DNA of 64,000 nt, taken from assembly GCA_951406725.2 (NCBI GenBank), contig OX597822.1, positions 12,586,001 through 12,650,000 on the forward strand, in the 5' to 3' direction. Shown piece after piece: positions 51,314-64,000 of this stretch. Numbering within the stretch: the first letter of the stretch is position 1; each line of letters opens with the position of its first letter. The stretch comes from Octopus vulgaris. Lineage: Eukaryota. The position numbers were made by a program, and so were the translations under genes. The notes beneath the pieces are model-generated. The model saw nothing but the letters and a program-made list of their open reading frames with translations. It did not search any database and was not told the origin of the DNA.

Positions 51314-52918
51314 GTTTCAGCTCAGAGCTGCGGCCATGCTGTGCACCGCCGTTTTGTGCTACACTGTTATTGCGACGAACCTCGTCTGTTATGTGGCACT
51401 TGGTGAAGAATGGAGTTTGATACAGCTACTCTCATTTGCACCTCTTGCCGTGAGATAGGTTCATCTGGGACTCTTGACAGGAAGATGTCCAGTTTTGATT
51501 TAAAAACCGCTACATCTACTTTGTGCAAGTTCCTCAGACTCTTTGGGAGAATATTAAAAAGCTGTGGGCCCTTGAAACCCAGGCTGTTGCAGAAGCTGGT
51601 CCTGAAGCGTGATGGCATTGCTGGGATCTTTGGCACTATGCAGTGTCGTCCCGTTCTAGCATTGGTGTAGCTTACAATGCCAAAATTTGGCACAATTCCT
51701 TCAAGGATCTTCCAGACATATATTACTGCATACCACTCCCGTCTTCTCTCCAGGGAGTAGAGTCTTAGCTGTTTCAGCCTTTCCCAGTAGCTGAGCTGTT
51801 GCAAAGAGACGATCTTCTTTGTGAATCTTCTCTGGATTGCTTCAAGGTTTGCTGTTAATTTTACACTGGTGGGTGACCATAGCTGTGAACAGTAATCCAG
51901 GCGACTGAGGACGAATGTCCGCCAGAGGACCATCATGGTTTCCTTATCTCTGGTTCTGAATGTTCTTAGAATCCACCCAGCCAGTCGTCTGCACTTTGTC
52001 GCCATCCTGGTAATGTGCACTTGGAAAGAGGTATCATCACTCATGTCGATACCCAGGTCCCTCACAGATTTAGGCTCTGGGATTGAAATTCCCTGTGGAC
52101 CGGTGTATCCTGTAAGTTTAATATTCAGTTTTGGATGCTGGTAGCGCAGGGCCTGGAATTGTTCAGCATTAAACTGCATATTATTATCCTCAGCCCATCT
52201 GTAGATTGAGTCCAACTCCTGCTGCAGGTGTGCAACATCGCTGGGGTTCTGTATTTTCTGCGAGACTTTCGTATCGTCTGCATAGCTGGCCAGAGTGGCT
52301 ATCCGGGCATTTGAGGGCATATCTGAGAGGGCCACTATAAAAAGCAGTGGTCCCAAGACAGTGCCCTGTGGAACACCGCTCACTATTTGTGTGTTCATAG
52401 AGGTGGTTCCATTAACCACTACTGTCTGACTCCTATCTTTCAGGATGTCATGCAACCACACTCCAAGTTTTCCAGCTATGCCGAGGTCACGTAGTTTGTG
52501 GCATATCATACATTGATCCACCTTGTCAAAAGCTTTTGCAAAATCAAGGTAGATTACGTCCACATTTGATTTGTTGAGTAACTGCCTCAACACCCAGTCA
52601 TAATGCTGTAAGAGCTGGGTCAGGCAGCTCCTACCTGGTCGAAAACCATGTTGGGTATTACTCAGCAAGTTATTTTCCTCAAGGAATGCGATTAGTTTCT
52701 TTCTGACTATCCTTTCCATGACTTTGCTGATGTGTGAAGTCAGAGAGTTAGGCCAATAGTTTTTGGCATCTGCTCTACTTCCCCCTTTATGTATTGGGAA
52801 TATTATTCCCTCCTTCAGCTTGCTTGGCAGTTTGCCATTCACAAGAAAGCTCTGGAAGAGAATCTTGAGGGGTTTTGCCAGGGCATGCTTACACGCTTTG
52901 AGGAGGATGGCTGGGAAA
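51295..52918 (-). mobile_element. Young 5'-truncated CR1-group LINE with an A-tail, inserted in (TA)n
   Basis: Uninterrupted RT frame. The 3' tail ggcggtgcacagcatggccgcagctctgagctgaaact is followed by poly(A). Confidence 0.93.
51367..52917 (-). CDS. LINE reverse transcriptase, N-terminally truncated open frame (~516 aa)
   Basis: PIHKGG, QHGFRPGRSCLTQLL, YLDFAKAFD, GVPQGTVLGPLLF, YADD and LYSLERRR. The ORF-track start lies in the TA tract and is not a real start. Confidence 0.85.
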   Translation of the reverse strand, partial: FPAILLKACKHALAKPLKILFQSFLVNGKLPSKLKEGIIFPIHKGGSRADAKNYWPNSLTSHISKVMERIVRKKLIAFLEENNLLSNTQHGFRPGRSCLTQLLQHYDWVLRQLLNKSNVDVIYLDFAKAFDKVDQCMICHKLRDLGIAGKLGVWLHDILKDRSQTVVVNGTTSMNTQIVSGVPQGTVLGPLLFIVALSDMPSNARIATLASYADDTKVSQKIQNPSDVAHLQQELDSIYRWAEDNNMQFNAEQFQALRYQHPKLNIKLTGYTGPQGISIPEPKSVRDLGIDMSDDTSFQVHITRMATKCRRLAGWILRTFRTRDKETMMVLWRTFVLSRLDYCSQLWSPTSVKLTANLEAIQRRFTKKIVSLQQLSYWERLKQLRLYSLERRREWYAVIYVWKILEGIVPNFGIVSYTNARTGRHCIVPKIPAMPSRFRTSFCNSLGFKGPQLFNILPKSLRNLHKVDVAVFKSKLDIFLSRVPDEPISRQEVQMRVAVSNSILHQVPHNRRGSSQ

Positions 52919-53524
52919 TATATATATATATATATATATATCAATATATATATATATATATATATATATCAAGGAATATATATATATATATATATTACTA
53001 TTTCATTTCATTTATTACTATTTCATTATGTATACGTTAATCCTATGTCTGGAAGAAATAGCCAATTGTCACTGACATAGTGTATCCTTTCATTGGCAAT
53101 CTCCGCTATGATTCCATCACCTCCAGCCTTCCTCGCGGATCTCTGCTTGTTTATAATATTCACCGTGAATTTCTGTGAATGATAACTGGTTGTTTGTGAT
53201 AAGATATTTATATGATGTGTACGAATGTCCACTGGCTGTGATGAGAAAATTCGTACGAGATTGTCAGTAAATCTGATGTGATATATTTCGGCATGTAAAG
53301 ACATATATACACGCATTTATATATATATACGTGAGTGTGTGTACATACTTCCATATATTCACACATATACACTCACACACACATACATACATTTGTGAAT
53401 ATGTACATGTGTATATGTATATATGTGTAAATATATATGCATACGTAGATATAGGCAAATAGAATTTTCTTTACACTTATGCACATAATGCATATATGTA
53501 TATATATATGCGTGTATATATGTA

Positions 53525-53651
<127 letters not shown>

Positions 53652-54235
53652 AATATATATATATATAAATATATATATATGTCTGTATGTGCATATATAT
53701 AAATATATATATGTATCTATGTATATGTATAATTACCTATATATATATATTTATACATACGTATGTGTATGTAGTGTATACATACCTACACACACACACA
53801 CACACATTACTCTAGGAGACTGTGTGCATGTCTGTGTGTCGATTTTGTGTTTCCGTGCCGTATAAACATGCTCCATTTGGTTTGATGTGTAGCGTTATTT
53901 TGATAGGTTATCAATGATTCAAGTTTTGGGCGAGGAATTGGCGATGTGGTTCTAGCGAAATTGCTGCCGTAAACAATATGAAGTTATCAGAAGGTTATAG
54001 AGTCTCCTTTTAAATCTATGATTTATGAGTTTCAAATATCAGCATGAATGAGACACGATATAAACATTCAGCATGTTTTCCGTGAATTATGTCCCCAAAC
54101 GTATTCTTTCAGCTTGTTTATTGTATTACTTCTCTCCTGTATTTCTTCCGTTATTTTACTGCTCTTTTCCTCCATTTTTTGTGCCGAATTCTTTTCGTGC
54201 TGTTCTGCTGGTATTTACTGAAGTTTCCTGAATAG

Positions 54236-54632
54236 TTACAGGTATGGTTGTGCGTTCAAGAAACTGGTTTTGCAGCTACGTAATTTCGGTTTCAGGCCCA
54301 CGATACGATACCCTGAACATATCCCTTTTAATATAACCCCGGGTCACCCAGTTCTATGTGAGTTAATTTGGTAGACGGAAACTGGATGGAAGTCCATCAT
54401 ATATGTGCATGTGTGTGTGTATTTGTGTTTTTCTTTGTCCGTCCCAACCCCTTGAAATCCGATGTTGGTTTGGTTTGTCCCCATAATTCAGTATTTCGTC
54501 AAAACAGACCGATAGAATAAGTACCAGGCTTAAAATATATCAAGTAGTTTGGTCGATTCCTTTAAGGAAAATATTGATGGTGTTGATCCAACAAGATCGC
54601 AGTCCAATGATAAAAAAAAAATAAACGATGAA
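54236..54632 (+). mobile_element. SINE family A, diverged
   Basis: ttggtagacggaaactg...gaccgatagaataagtaccaggc landmarks. Confidence 0.65.
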
Positions 54633-54899
54633 AGATTAATGATTGACATTAATAAGACTATTGTGTGTTTATAGAATTTTCTATCACTCACCTATCAAAA
54701 AGATTTGATTCTCCTATAAAATACTATTCCTAATTTTATCAGAGAAAGAAATTTATGCAACACGGATCCCCTTGTGCGTTTGACATCGACACCAATCCCT
54801 GATCATTAAAATTTGGCAGCTCTCGCTTTCTTAATTGTTCATTAAAATGTGTACCTCGACCGAAGGAGATTATTTGATGAAATTTCGGCCCCTTCAAGT

Positions 54900-55315
54900 C
54901 CACTCTAAGCAATCGGACTTCAGTATGTTTACACTGAGTAGCTTCTCTTACTGGAATCATAGTAAATCCTTTCTAACAGTCCGCGTAAGCCCGACGGTCC
55001 CTATCTGAAAGTTTTGGTCTTCTTCCGGAGTTTTGTTCTTTCGATGACGAGGTTTTCCCTCTTTCTCAAAGGCTGACATTACTTTCGAGACAGTACTTCT
55101 TGATACGCCAAACATTTCGGCTGTTTTCGTTAAGCTAGCGCCTGCCATACGAGCACCAACAATTTGACTTCTTTGAAAGTCCGATAGATCTGTCATTTTA
55201 ATGAATTTTAATTTCATTTATCTTTTTCTGATGATATCTGAAAAGAAACAGCAATTTTAGCAAAACATACTAAGCAACACTAACAATAAATCAAAAACAT
55301 CAAAATAAACAAGGT
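54900..55315 (-). mobile_element. Tc1-like transposon fragment (transposase N-terminal HTH)
   Basis: MTDLSDFQRSQIVGARMAGASLTKTAEMFGVSRSTVSKV, then after a frameshift SGRRPKLSDRDRR (GRPR-like motif). Confidence 0.85.
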
Positions 55316-55734
55316 ATTTCTTATAAATTTGTATCGCTGTAGTGTCTGAACGGACTGATTTTCGACTGCTGTTTCTAGTACTTCGATCATCCAAGTAAAC
55401 ATTCCACTTATAGTACGAAATATTTTCGCCTCTCAATAATCAAACCTCGGATATCTCTCATTTGTAATGGTACAGCATCTGCACTAAGCTCCTTAATTTG
55501 AAATACTACGTCCTGAATGTACGAGAACATCAACATTAGTTGATTTGAAAAGCTGAGGAGAATCCCCATATGAGGAAGAAAGGAATTTATTTCATTCAAC
55601 GCTGCGACCATTGATGCGAACACATATTTCTCGCCTGTGAAATTCATGAATTGTTGATCATCTTTATTTCCCTCCTTTACGTAACTTTAATTATTTGCTT
55701 GCTTCAGCCACCTGAACGTAGCCTTGCTAGTACT

Positions 55735-55905
55735 TTCTTTAAGATGGTATGTATTCTATCGGCCTCTTTTTTTCCGAAACGCTTAGTTACGGGTACGTAA
55801 ACAAGCCAAAGCCGGTTGTCAGGTGGTGTGAAGTACGAGCTCCGATGCAAACACACACACAAAACATACAATTCTGCACACGCGCACACACATATCTGGA
55901 GCACA
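55735..55905 (-). mobile_element. SINE family A fragment
   Basis: attctatcggcctc...ccgaaacgcttagttacggg..cgtaaac. Confidence 0.55.
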
Positions 55906-56399
55906 CAGACACAAACGTACACCTTTATGTCAATGTTTGTGTGCAAGCTATAAATAGATAGCTAGTTAGTTATATACACATGCATATCTGTTGACAGGTA
56001 TAACCATGTGTATGTGAATAATTATGAACGTGTATGTACGTAGGTAGAACCTCACCTCGCCCATGGTGGACGGGTGTTAATGTGTGGGCATGCGGCGACC
56101 CATTTCCAATGGCCCAACACTGCACCACACCGATTATAGCCGCACCTGGGGATGGTTAGATGGGTCCGGCAAGAGCGCGCCCTCCGGTGCCTGTTGGCAC
56201 CGTCCACGTAAAAAACCGGGCGTTCATGTAAGGTTATGATCCGTGCATCGAGGGGATATGCAGCCAGTCCCGGCGGATGGATTCACCCCCTGGTCGCGTG
56301 GCTTAGTCCACTAAAGTCGGGGCCCTACATGATTCCCTGCTGGTTCGCTCGGGGACATGCAGACAATGCAGACAATCTGTGTATATTCAACACACACGT

Positions 56400-57185
56400 T
56401 GATATCCTGGGTGGATGAAAAGTCAGTAGACATTACAAATTAGTAATAAAATCCCTATTCTTTTTACAAATCTATTGAAACAAGAGATACGCGTTCTTTA
56501 TGACATGAAAGTAAATCTGTTTCCTCAAACGGCTAGGGACAGAATGAAGAACCCTCTGAAGGACCTCGTCTGGAATATCATTGAGAACACCCGATCCGTG
56601 TTTCCAAGTCCTACAGTGTGCAAGGTTTTGTATTGTACACCTCTCCTTTTCTGTAACCATATGGAGTAAAATCTGAGCTCCTTGGAGTTCGTGATTTTTT
56701 GCGGTCATAATCTTCCGGCTTTAGATCCTGCACGGAATGGGGTTTTCCACGGACGAAAATTGAATTCTTTATACAACACCATACTTATTGTGTAACTTGT
56801 TATTCCACTTTCACGAGCTGCTTGAGGTGTTGATTTTTGCGGGCTGCAATTAATCATTTCCCGCACTGTTGCCATGTTTTCCACTGAACGGAATATAGGT
56901 GGAGGGCCACTACTTTTCGCATCGTTCACAGAGCCGGTGGTCCTCAGCTTTGCATGACAACATTTGTTATTGTCTCCGGACGTAGTGCTGCATGCTGACG
57001 TTACCATGCGCGCCACAATCTCTGAACCCAAAACAATGGAATTCCGCACTTCATAGCTCGCTGTTACCTTAGTTCGCTCCTGAACAGTTATGCGACTGAC
57101 CATCTGGAAAATAAGAAGCAAGACAATAAAGAAATAAAAAATCCCCATTAGTGTTGTCTGTTTCAAAAACGTTTTCGTCATGACT
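56400..57185 (-). mobile_element. Internally deleted Tc1/mariner-superfamily transposon
   Basis: TVQERTKV..YEV.NS, KLRTTGSVNDAKSSGPP and SPQKSTPQAARESGI..TI..VL.K...FRPWK. C-terminal VYNTKP-like remnant near 56600. One putative TIR at ~56403-56432. Confidence 0.75.
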
Positions 57186-57735
57186 TCAGTAATAGTAAAA
57201 ATTCTATATGCAATTTCTTATGCCTGGTTACTTTCCACCTATCCTAGATACTCCCTTATGCCTTTTTGCTGTATTGTTACCTTTAACCCTAGTTTTTCTT
57301 GTGCTTATGCGTATGTAGACGTGTGTATGAACCTTTATGGCGTACGTGTGTGTGTGTGTGGGGGTTTCTTTGTATATGCATATACATTTGGCGAAGGATG
57401 GGAGTGACGATGTGTACCTTTTTCAAGTGACGGTGGATGAATGTATAGCTTTAGGCGCACGAACGTGGGTGAGCGGGCGCATGTGTAGGTATGAACAGGC
57501 GCGCTTACGTGAATACTATGAACATTTTACCGCCTTACTTTACTCCCTTACTTAGCGGTCATTCGAATATCTCTTTTGCCTTAATAGCGATCAATAACAC
57601 AGTAATTTCGCTTTGTACAACGGTCATTTTTCATAGCATTCTCTCGATGGCCGGATAACTGAAGAGATAGCAGCGTGGATTTTCACCTCAGAGTTTTATC
57701 ATGGCTACTGAATAATTGTTACATATTACTTTTAC

Positions 57736-57782
<47 letters not shown>

Positions 57783-59309
57783 ATATAAATCATATACTGA
57801 TATCTATCTATATATATATATATATGCTTATATGGGTACAGTACGTCACTAGCAGTAAACATGAAATACGAAAACAAATGATTTCATTATGCAATTAACG
57901 AAACAACTGGAAAACAGAAGTAACAGAAAGATAGACCATTCATCGGTTGTTGGCTATCTATCTACTTCTCATTTCGAGCACTGAACAACATTATGAGTCT
58001 TCGAAGACAGATGCTTCATAAGTACCAAAATAGAATTTTGGATTTATGGACGGTCAAAAGCTGGGAACAATAAAAAGAGAGTCAGAGAGAGAAGACAGGC
58101 CTGTAGACAGACGGAGACAGACAGATATATGGAGAGACGATCAGACAGACAGATAGATAGATGATAAATAGATAGTTGATAGATAGAGAGAAAAACAATA
58201 GAAATATAGATAGATAAATAGATAGAGAGGTGATAGATAGATAGTTAGATGGATAAATAGATAGATAGATGAATAGATAGATAATAAATAGATAGGTAGA
58301 TAGATAGATAGATAGATAGATACTTTCTGAATTAAAGATCAAACCAATGCCTGCTCCAAACTTGTTTGTAAAGATTATGTTAAACATATCGCAAATCAAC
58401 AACACATCTGTTTCTATTGGGTCTACGTAAATAATTCAGTTTCTACGGAAAATAAATTAGTTGAAGAAACAAATCATTCCTTGTTGCCATTTTATATTAA
58501 ATGCATTTCATTGCTGTTAGCAACAAAAAATGCATGAGTGGACCAAGTATTAATTCAATTCGCTTTTGATGAACAGAACTTTAAACCACACTCTCACTGA
58601 CATTAAATTTCGACTCATTGATTCATGCGAGGGAAATCTATTTTTCTGACTGAATTTAAGCATTATTATTGATTTCTGAAACGTTGTAGACGGCTGAGCC
58701 TGTCTCAAGTTATACTAGTCTTTCCGTAGCTCAATGTTCGTATCACGCCATTAATATATTGTTGTGTCCAAGGTCAACACACTTAAAGCTCCCGCTAGTA
58801 AATTTCCCATTAATCGCGCCTTCAGGCAACGAATATATCACAAGATTAACTAGATGCCTTATATTTTTATTATTTTACCTGTCTGCTTATTAATTTGTGA
58901 GTATGTTCATGAATTATGGTGGGTTTAGAAAATGTGAACGCATTCTGCTGATGTAAGACGGTATAGCCTCACACTCATAAATACGTACATCATGTTATTA
59001 CGTGGTGGACCTGATTATTAGTTGTTTTAAGTATTGCTGATAGCAATGTGCTTTGCATATTTTTGTCTGATCGGAAGACTCGTCGGTCGCTGGGTTAATT
59101 AAAGCTGGGTGGATAGGAGAAACGTGAAATGAAGTGTTTCGCTTGAGAACTAAACGTGTATCCGGTCTGGGAAACGAAACCATCACGATTGTTATAGCAA
59201 CACGCCTAATCACTAGCAACACGCGTTTCCCCATACATACATACATACATACATACATGCATACATACATACATACATACATACATACATACATACATAC
59301 AAACATACT

Positions 59310-59720
59310 TTTATTTTATTCGGTCATTTGACTGTGGACATGATGCAGCACAGCCTAAAAGGGTTTTAGTCGAATGAATTGACCCCAGTACGTATTTTAT
59401 AAAACCTAATCCTATTCTGTCAATCACTTTTGCCGAACCGCTAAGTTCCGGAGACGTAAGCACCAATACTGGCTGTCTAAGCGGTGATGGGAGAAATACA
59501 CACACACACGCGTGCACACACATACACACACACACACACTCACACATATATTTATATATACGACATGCTTCTTTCAGTTTCCTCCTACCAAATCCACTCA
59601 CAAGGCTTTGGACGGCCCGAGACTATAGCAGAAGACACCTGCCCAGTGTGTCACATAGTGGGACTGAACCTGCAACCATACGGTTGGAAAGTAAGCTTCT
59701 TACCGCTCAAACACGCATAT
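59310..59720 (-). mobile_element. SINE family A
   Basis: Matches 29947-30335 along its length. Confidence 0.8.
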
Positions 59721-60589
59721 GTATATGTATTTATGTTTTAGGTTTGTCTTAAAACTGCATCCGATAATGAGGCTCTCGTATAATGGTCCGTTGTTTTGAG
59801 GAGAGTGAAAGCTTTGTTAAGATATCTTCCCATCATAAAATAGTTATTGCTAATTTTTCATTCATTTTTACCAATAGAATTCCAAATCCCTATGTCTGAT
59901 AGTACAAATGACCAGATATTAAAGATTTGAAACGACCACGAGAGTAAATGGCCAGCATCAAATTTCGACACAATATCTGGATTAGTATTCGACATGAAAA
60001 CAATGTAAATTTTTTTGTGTGGGGGGACCCAAGTGCAAGTACATTGATACCTCGCAGTACGAGTTTAATTCTTTCTATGTCCGAGCTCGTCTTAACATTT
60101 ACTCGTTTTACGAATCAATTCTTCCCCATTGAAATTAACTAAAGTATAATTAATCCGTTCCAGCCCGCCAAAACGACTCAAAAATAATTTTGTATGGGTC
60201 TTAAAACAGAAAAGGTGCAGTTACAAGTAAAATGACAATTATAGACCAAACTATTTCACTGGTACTAAGATTATCGAACGCGAAGGGGTGAATCCCTCGA
60301 TGGGATTTGAACACAAATTTTAAACATCCGGAAGAAATGCTGCTAAGCATTTTGTCTGACACCTGTTTATAGCAACAATTCCAGCAGTTACTGAGTTATA
60401 TTTGTCAAAAATATCTAGCGACAAACTTATCTCATGTTTTCATACCTTAGCATCATTTTGGCGTCCGACATTAACGACCTGCTTAATTAGGAGATGATCA
60501 ACTTGCAATATTACGAAGGTAGCATCATTTCTTGTGTCTGTAAAGATAATTACTCTGTTTATGGATATTCCCTCAGTCATATTTTTGAG

Positions 60590-60980
60590 GAATTATGTAC
60601 ATTATTTAAAATGGACGAACTGATGTTCTCAACTTGCTTGTTGTTACCACAACGTTTCGGCTGATGAACTCTCCAGCCTTCATCAGTTGTTGTGGCGAAA
60701 TTTTGAACCCAAACCTTTTTATTACGACTAATGGGGTACTCTGTTCTTATTCGCCGTTTCGGCTGATGTACTCTCCTGCCTTCATCAGGTGTTCTGATGG
60801 AATTTCGAAACCAATTCTTTATTTGACTTATAAGAACAGAGTACCCCATTAGTTAAATAAAGGATTGGGTTCGAAATTTCACCAGAACACCTGATGAAAG
60901 CAAGAGAGTAAATCATCCGAAACGTTGTGGTAACACCAAACATGATGCAAATACCTATCCGTCCATTATAAATAACATAT
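60590..60980. mobile_element. Fold-back PLE terminus array with three hammerhead motifs (60648-60689 -, 60755-60791 -, 60888-60929 +)
   Basis: Each reads (cac/caa)-CTGATGA-a-ggctg..cagcc-GAAA-cg(-TT-gtg); the middle copy lacks the 3' arm. Inverted arms taatggggtactctgttcttat / ataagaacagagtaccccatta. Confidence 0.75.
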
Positions 60981-61872
60981 GTATGTTCTGTCAGTCATAC
61001 TTTGATATTTATATTGAATGTGACTGTGTACACTCTCCTAATGTGTATATCGGTTTCAAATTTCGACACAAGGCCATCAATTTCCGTTGCATCAACCGAC
61101 TGCTACTTGTTTTATCAACTTCGAAGCGAAGCGACGAGAAGCAAAGTCGACCACGGTACAATGCGATCTCAGAATGTATGCTTAAATCGATCAGTTTCCA
61201 GTGGCACCAAGTAAATTGAATAGAATTCGTTGAGGACATGCATATAATAAAACCGTAATACTTCCTGTACTTTCAAAAATTGAGGTTAAAGGCAAGAATC
61301 ACTATTATCTCTATCACATTACATCACCAATTTTTAAAAAAAATTAATATTCTTCGACTTATCGTGCTTCGTTGTTTTTATTTTTGGCAACGTAACTCTA
61401 GGGTGATTTTGTTTAATAATTGCATGGAGCATCTCATTAAATCGGAGATTTCCAATCCCCAGCCTCATCATATGTGTGATCCTAACATATGTGTGCTTCG
61501 AATGAACAAAGTTGCCCAGGGGCAATTCCTCGAAGCACTATTGCAAATAATTTCCTGATGGCTGCAAGATATCAGATAGCTCCATCATTGAACCACAAGA
61601 GTGCTCTTAGGAAAAATCTCATTTAAAAGACAGTATTAGTAACAAGCGACATTGAAACCATTTCAACCACAATATAATAGACAGAAGCTCTTGAAGTGTC
61701 GAATGGCACTAGAAAATATTTTGTTGGAAACAAAACGAAAACGGTCAAAGTGGATTAATTAGAAACTATAAAATCTTATTAAGACGAATAAGTTGAAAAC
61801 ATTACGCGCGTGCGCGTATATACATACATATATACATACATACATATATACATATATATATACATATACATA

Positions 61873-61906
<34 letters not shown>

Positions 61907-62305
61907 TATTATACATACATACATATATACTCATATATATAATTACATATGTACATACATACATATATATATATATAGATTGTGTATTTTGGGATGGCCA
62001 TATTTTTGCCAAATAAACACACGCACTATGTATTCGTTATTCACTCGTTTATTACTTTTCTTATTTTATTACTTTAACTCATCTCAATTGTCTGGAATTC
62101 TTTCATTACACACACATACGCACACACATACATACACACACAAACACACATACACACACACGCACATATATAGCACCTTATTTTTGTTCCCAAAGCACAA
62201 CAGTTTTTGTGATGCCTTTGCTGGTTTTCTAATAAAGCATATTACTCTACGTCTGGAATTCGAGGACTATTTTTTCCACATTTTTCGCATTTATGTGCTT
62301 ACTCT

Positions 62306-62402
<97 letters not shown>

Positions 62403-62519
62403 AATAGTAAAAAGTGAAAAAACTACAGAAGGCTTGTTTTCAAGGGTTAAAGAATAGATATTTAAGTCAATATGTCTGAAGAATATTATAAATTTTTTTC
62501 TTACAATGACAGAATTTAG

Positions 62520-62558
62520 AAGAAAGACCGGTTTCGCGTTTAGCTTTTCAAATTTCTT
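62520..62558 (-). ncRNA. Minimal hammerhead, U3-A8 core, with one extra U before the core
   Basis: aagaaa-t-TTGAAAA-gc taaac gc-GAAA-ccgg-TC-tttctt. Confidence 0.65.
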
Positions 62559-63373
62559 ACGTCGTTATCTTTATGTTTAGAAGAGTTATCGTTACGTTTA
62601 TGTTGAAAAGAGTTCTAAATAAGGGGAGGTAATAAGTGATTTCTTCCAGTGTAAGGGAGATAATCGCTTAAATTCTTTTTTCCTTTCCTTTGGGGTGAAT
62701 TTCTCTGTATAAGTATGTTGGAATGGTTAAGTCTGGGCTTGTACTTTTCAATGAAGAATGTTTCGTTGTTTAGTCTAGTTTGTGTTGATGATCCGATAGC
62801 ACATTCGTAAAATGGAAAGATTAAAAATTGTGGTAGTAGTTGCTTTGCGCATTTCTCAATGTGCTCACTAAAAGGTATTCATTCCCAAAGGAAATTCTCT
62901 AGAGGAGTCTGTTTTTTATATAAATTTTCATCTGTCCTGCCCGCCAAATTTGGTTCTGGTGTTCGCTGAATTTTTCCTCTAGAGAATTTCCTTTGTAGTT
63001 TGATCGTTGATGATCTGTTTCTAGCATACGGCCGACTACCAAGCAGTCCAGCCCTGCCAATATACACATATATTAGAATTTTCTTTGACTTCTCAGATTT
63101 TTTGTATGCTAGACTACTGGTTTTAAATTGATATTAAAATTAATATTAATTTATCTCCCTCATTATTTAAATATTCAAATAAATACGTTCTCTAGTAGTA
63201 AGCACTAACCGCAGTGAATTATTTATTGCATCCCTTCGCTTCAGGAATCTCTTAGCGCGCCAGAACCAAGACATTTGAAATGTTATCCCTAATGTAATCG
63301 GTAAAACTAAGCACGTGTCTGTCTTGGCACAGAAAGCTGGGGTTAGTTTTTTAGTTTGCATTTACACTGACCG

Positions 63374-63450
63374 AATGCACTGATGAAGCCACGGACATTT
63401 GCATTATGTAAGTAATTCTTTTGTTAAAGGCCGAAACCGAGGTATGCATT
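63374..63450 (+). ncRNA. Type-I hammerhead, canonical core
   Basis: aatgca-CTGATGA-agcc...ggcc-GAAA-cc ga gg-TA-tgcatt. Confidence 0.75.
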
Positions 63451-63603
63451 TAAGTCTGTTTTTTATGTAAATTTTCATCTGTCCTGCCCGCCAAATTTGG
63501 TTCTGGTGTTCGCTGAATTTTTCCTCTAGAGAATTTCCTTTGTAGTTTGATCGTTGATGATCTGTTTCTAGCATACGGCCGACTACCTAGCAGTCCAGCC
63601 CTG

Positions 63604-63659
<56 letters not shown>

Positions 63660-63699
63660 TATACATATACATATACATATATATATATATAATTATATA

Positions 63700-63730
<31 letters not shown>

Positions 63731-63787
63731 CTTTATATATATACATATTTATATATATATTTATAAGTGTGCTTGTGTGCGTGTTTA

Positions 63788-64000
63788 GGCGCAATGGCCC
63801 AACGGTTAAGGCAGCGGACTAGCGGTCTTCGGACCGCAGTTTCGAATCCCAGCCCGGGTGTTTTGTGTGTATATTAAGCAATAAAGCTCCACGAGTGTCT
63901 GGCAGGGAGTGGTGAAGCCTTCTGTAAACTTCCACCATAACTTTTTCTCACTCTTTCTTTCCGTTTCTTTTGTAGCTATATTTCAAAGGGTCAGCCTTGC
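63788..64000 (+). mobile_element. tRNA-derived SINE (runs off the window)
   Basis: ggcgcaatggcccaacggttaaggcagcggact...gtttcgaatcccagcccgg tRNA-like head, followed by a non-tRNA body. Confidence 0.65.

Larger units (their letters stand above)
62398..63610 (-). mobile_element. Rearranged Penelope-like fragment (YIG motif) with an internal direct duplication (~62906-63062 / ~63454-63610)
   Basis: YIGRAG...; PFSEHIEKC. Flanked by (TA)n. Two hammerheads on opposite strands. Confidence 0.6.

Noticed and set aside
43913-52144. Plus-strand ORFs overlapping the LINE RTs
   Set aside because: These are antisense shadows of the RT reading frames.
55408-55647. 79 aa minus-strand ORF of ordinary composition
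   Set aside because: No homology recognised and no splice support; expected by chance.
63788-63860. Possible tRNA gene
   Set aside because: The acceptor stem does not close and the sequence continues into a SINE body without a T-run terminator, so it is called as a SINE head.

Overview
AT-rich eukaryotic DNA saturated with microsatellites. No recognisable host protein-coding gene is present, and most ORFs in the supplied track are translations of (TA)n/(TG)n tracts. The repeat landscape looks like an octopus/cephalopod intron or intergenic region (inference from the SINE families and TA density). The window contains five CR1-group LINE copies (two young, with long RT ORFs), three Penelope-like element (PLE) GIY-YIG remnants, many tRNA-derived SINEs, two non-autonomous Helitrons and two Tc1/mariner fragments. 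There is also one candidate host exon at 37351-37895. Three signals stand out. (1) About 20 minimal type-I hammerhead ribozyme motifs from roughly 10 families sit in PLE termini and fold-back elements; they show C3-G8, U3-A8 and G3-C8 core covariation plus family-level U6 and C4 variants. (2) Several ~290-364 bp terminally redundant, hammerhead-bearing, non-coding units resemble retrozymes. (3) Two related RT-less retroelements are inserted in tandem at the same site in the tRNA-derived head of a SINE, with a ~16 bp target duplication, suggesting a SINE-targeting site-specific retroelement. All structures were read by eye; no folding, alignment or database search was run, and boundaries are approximate.
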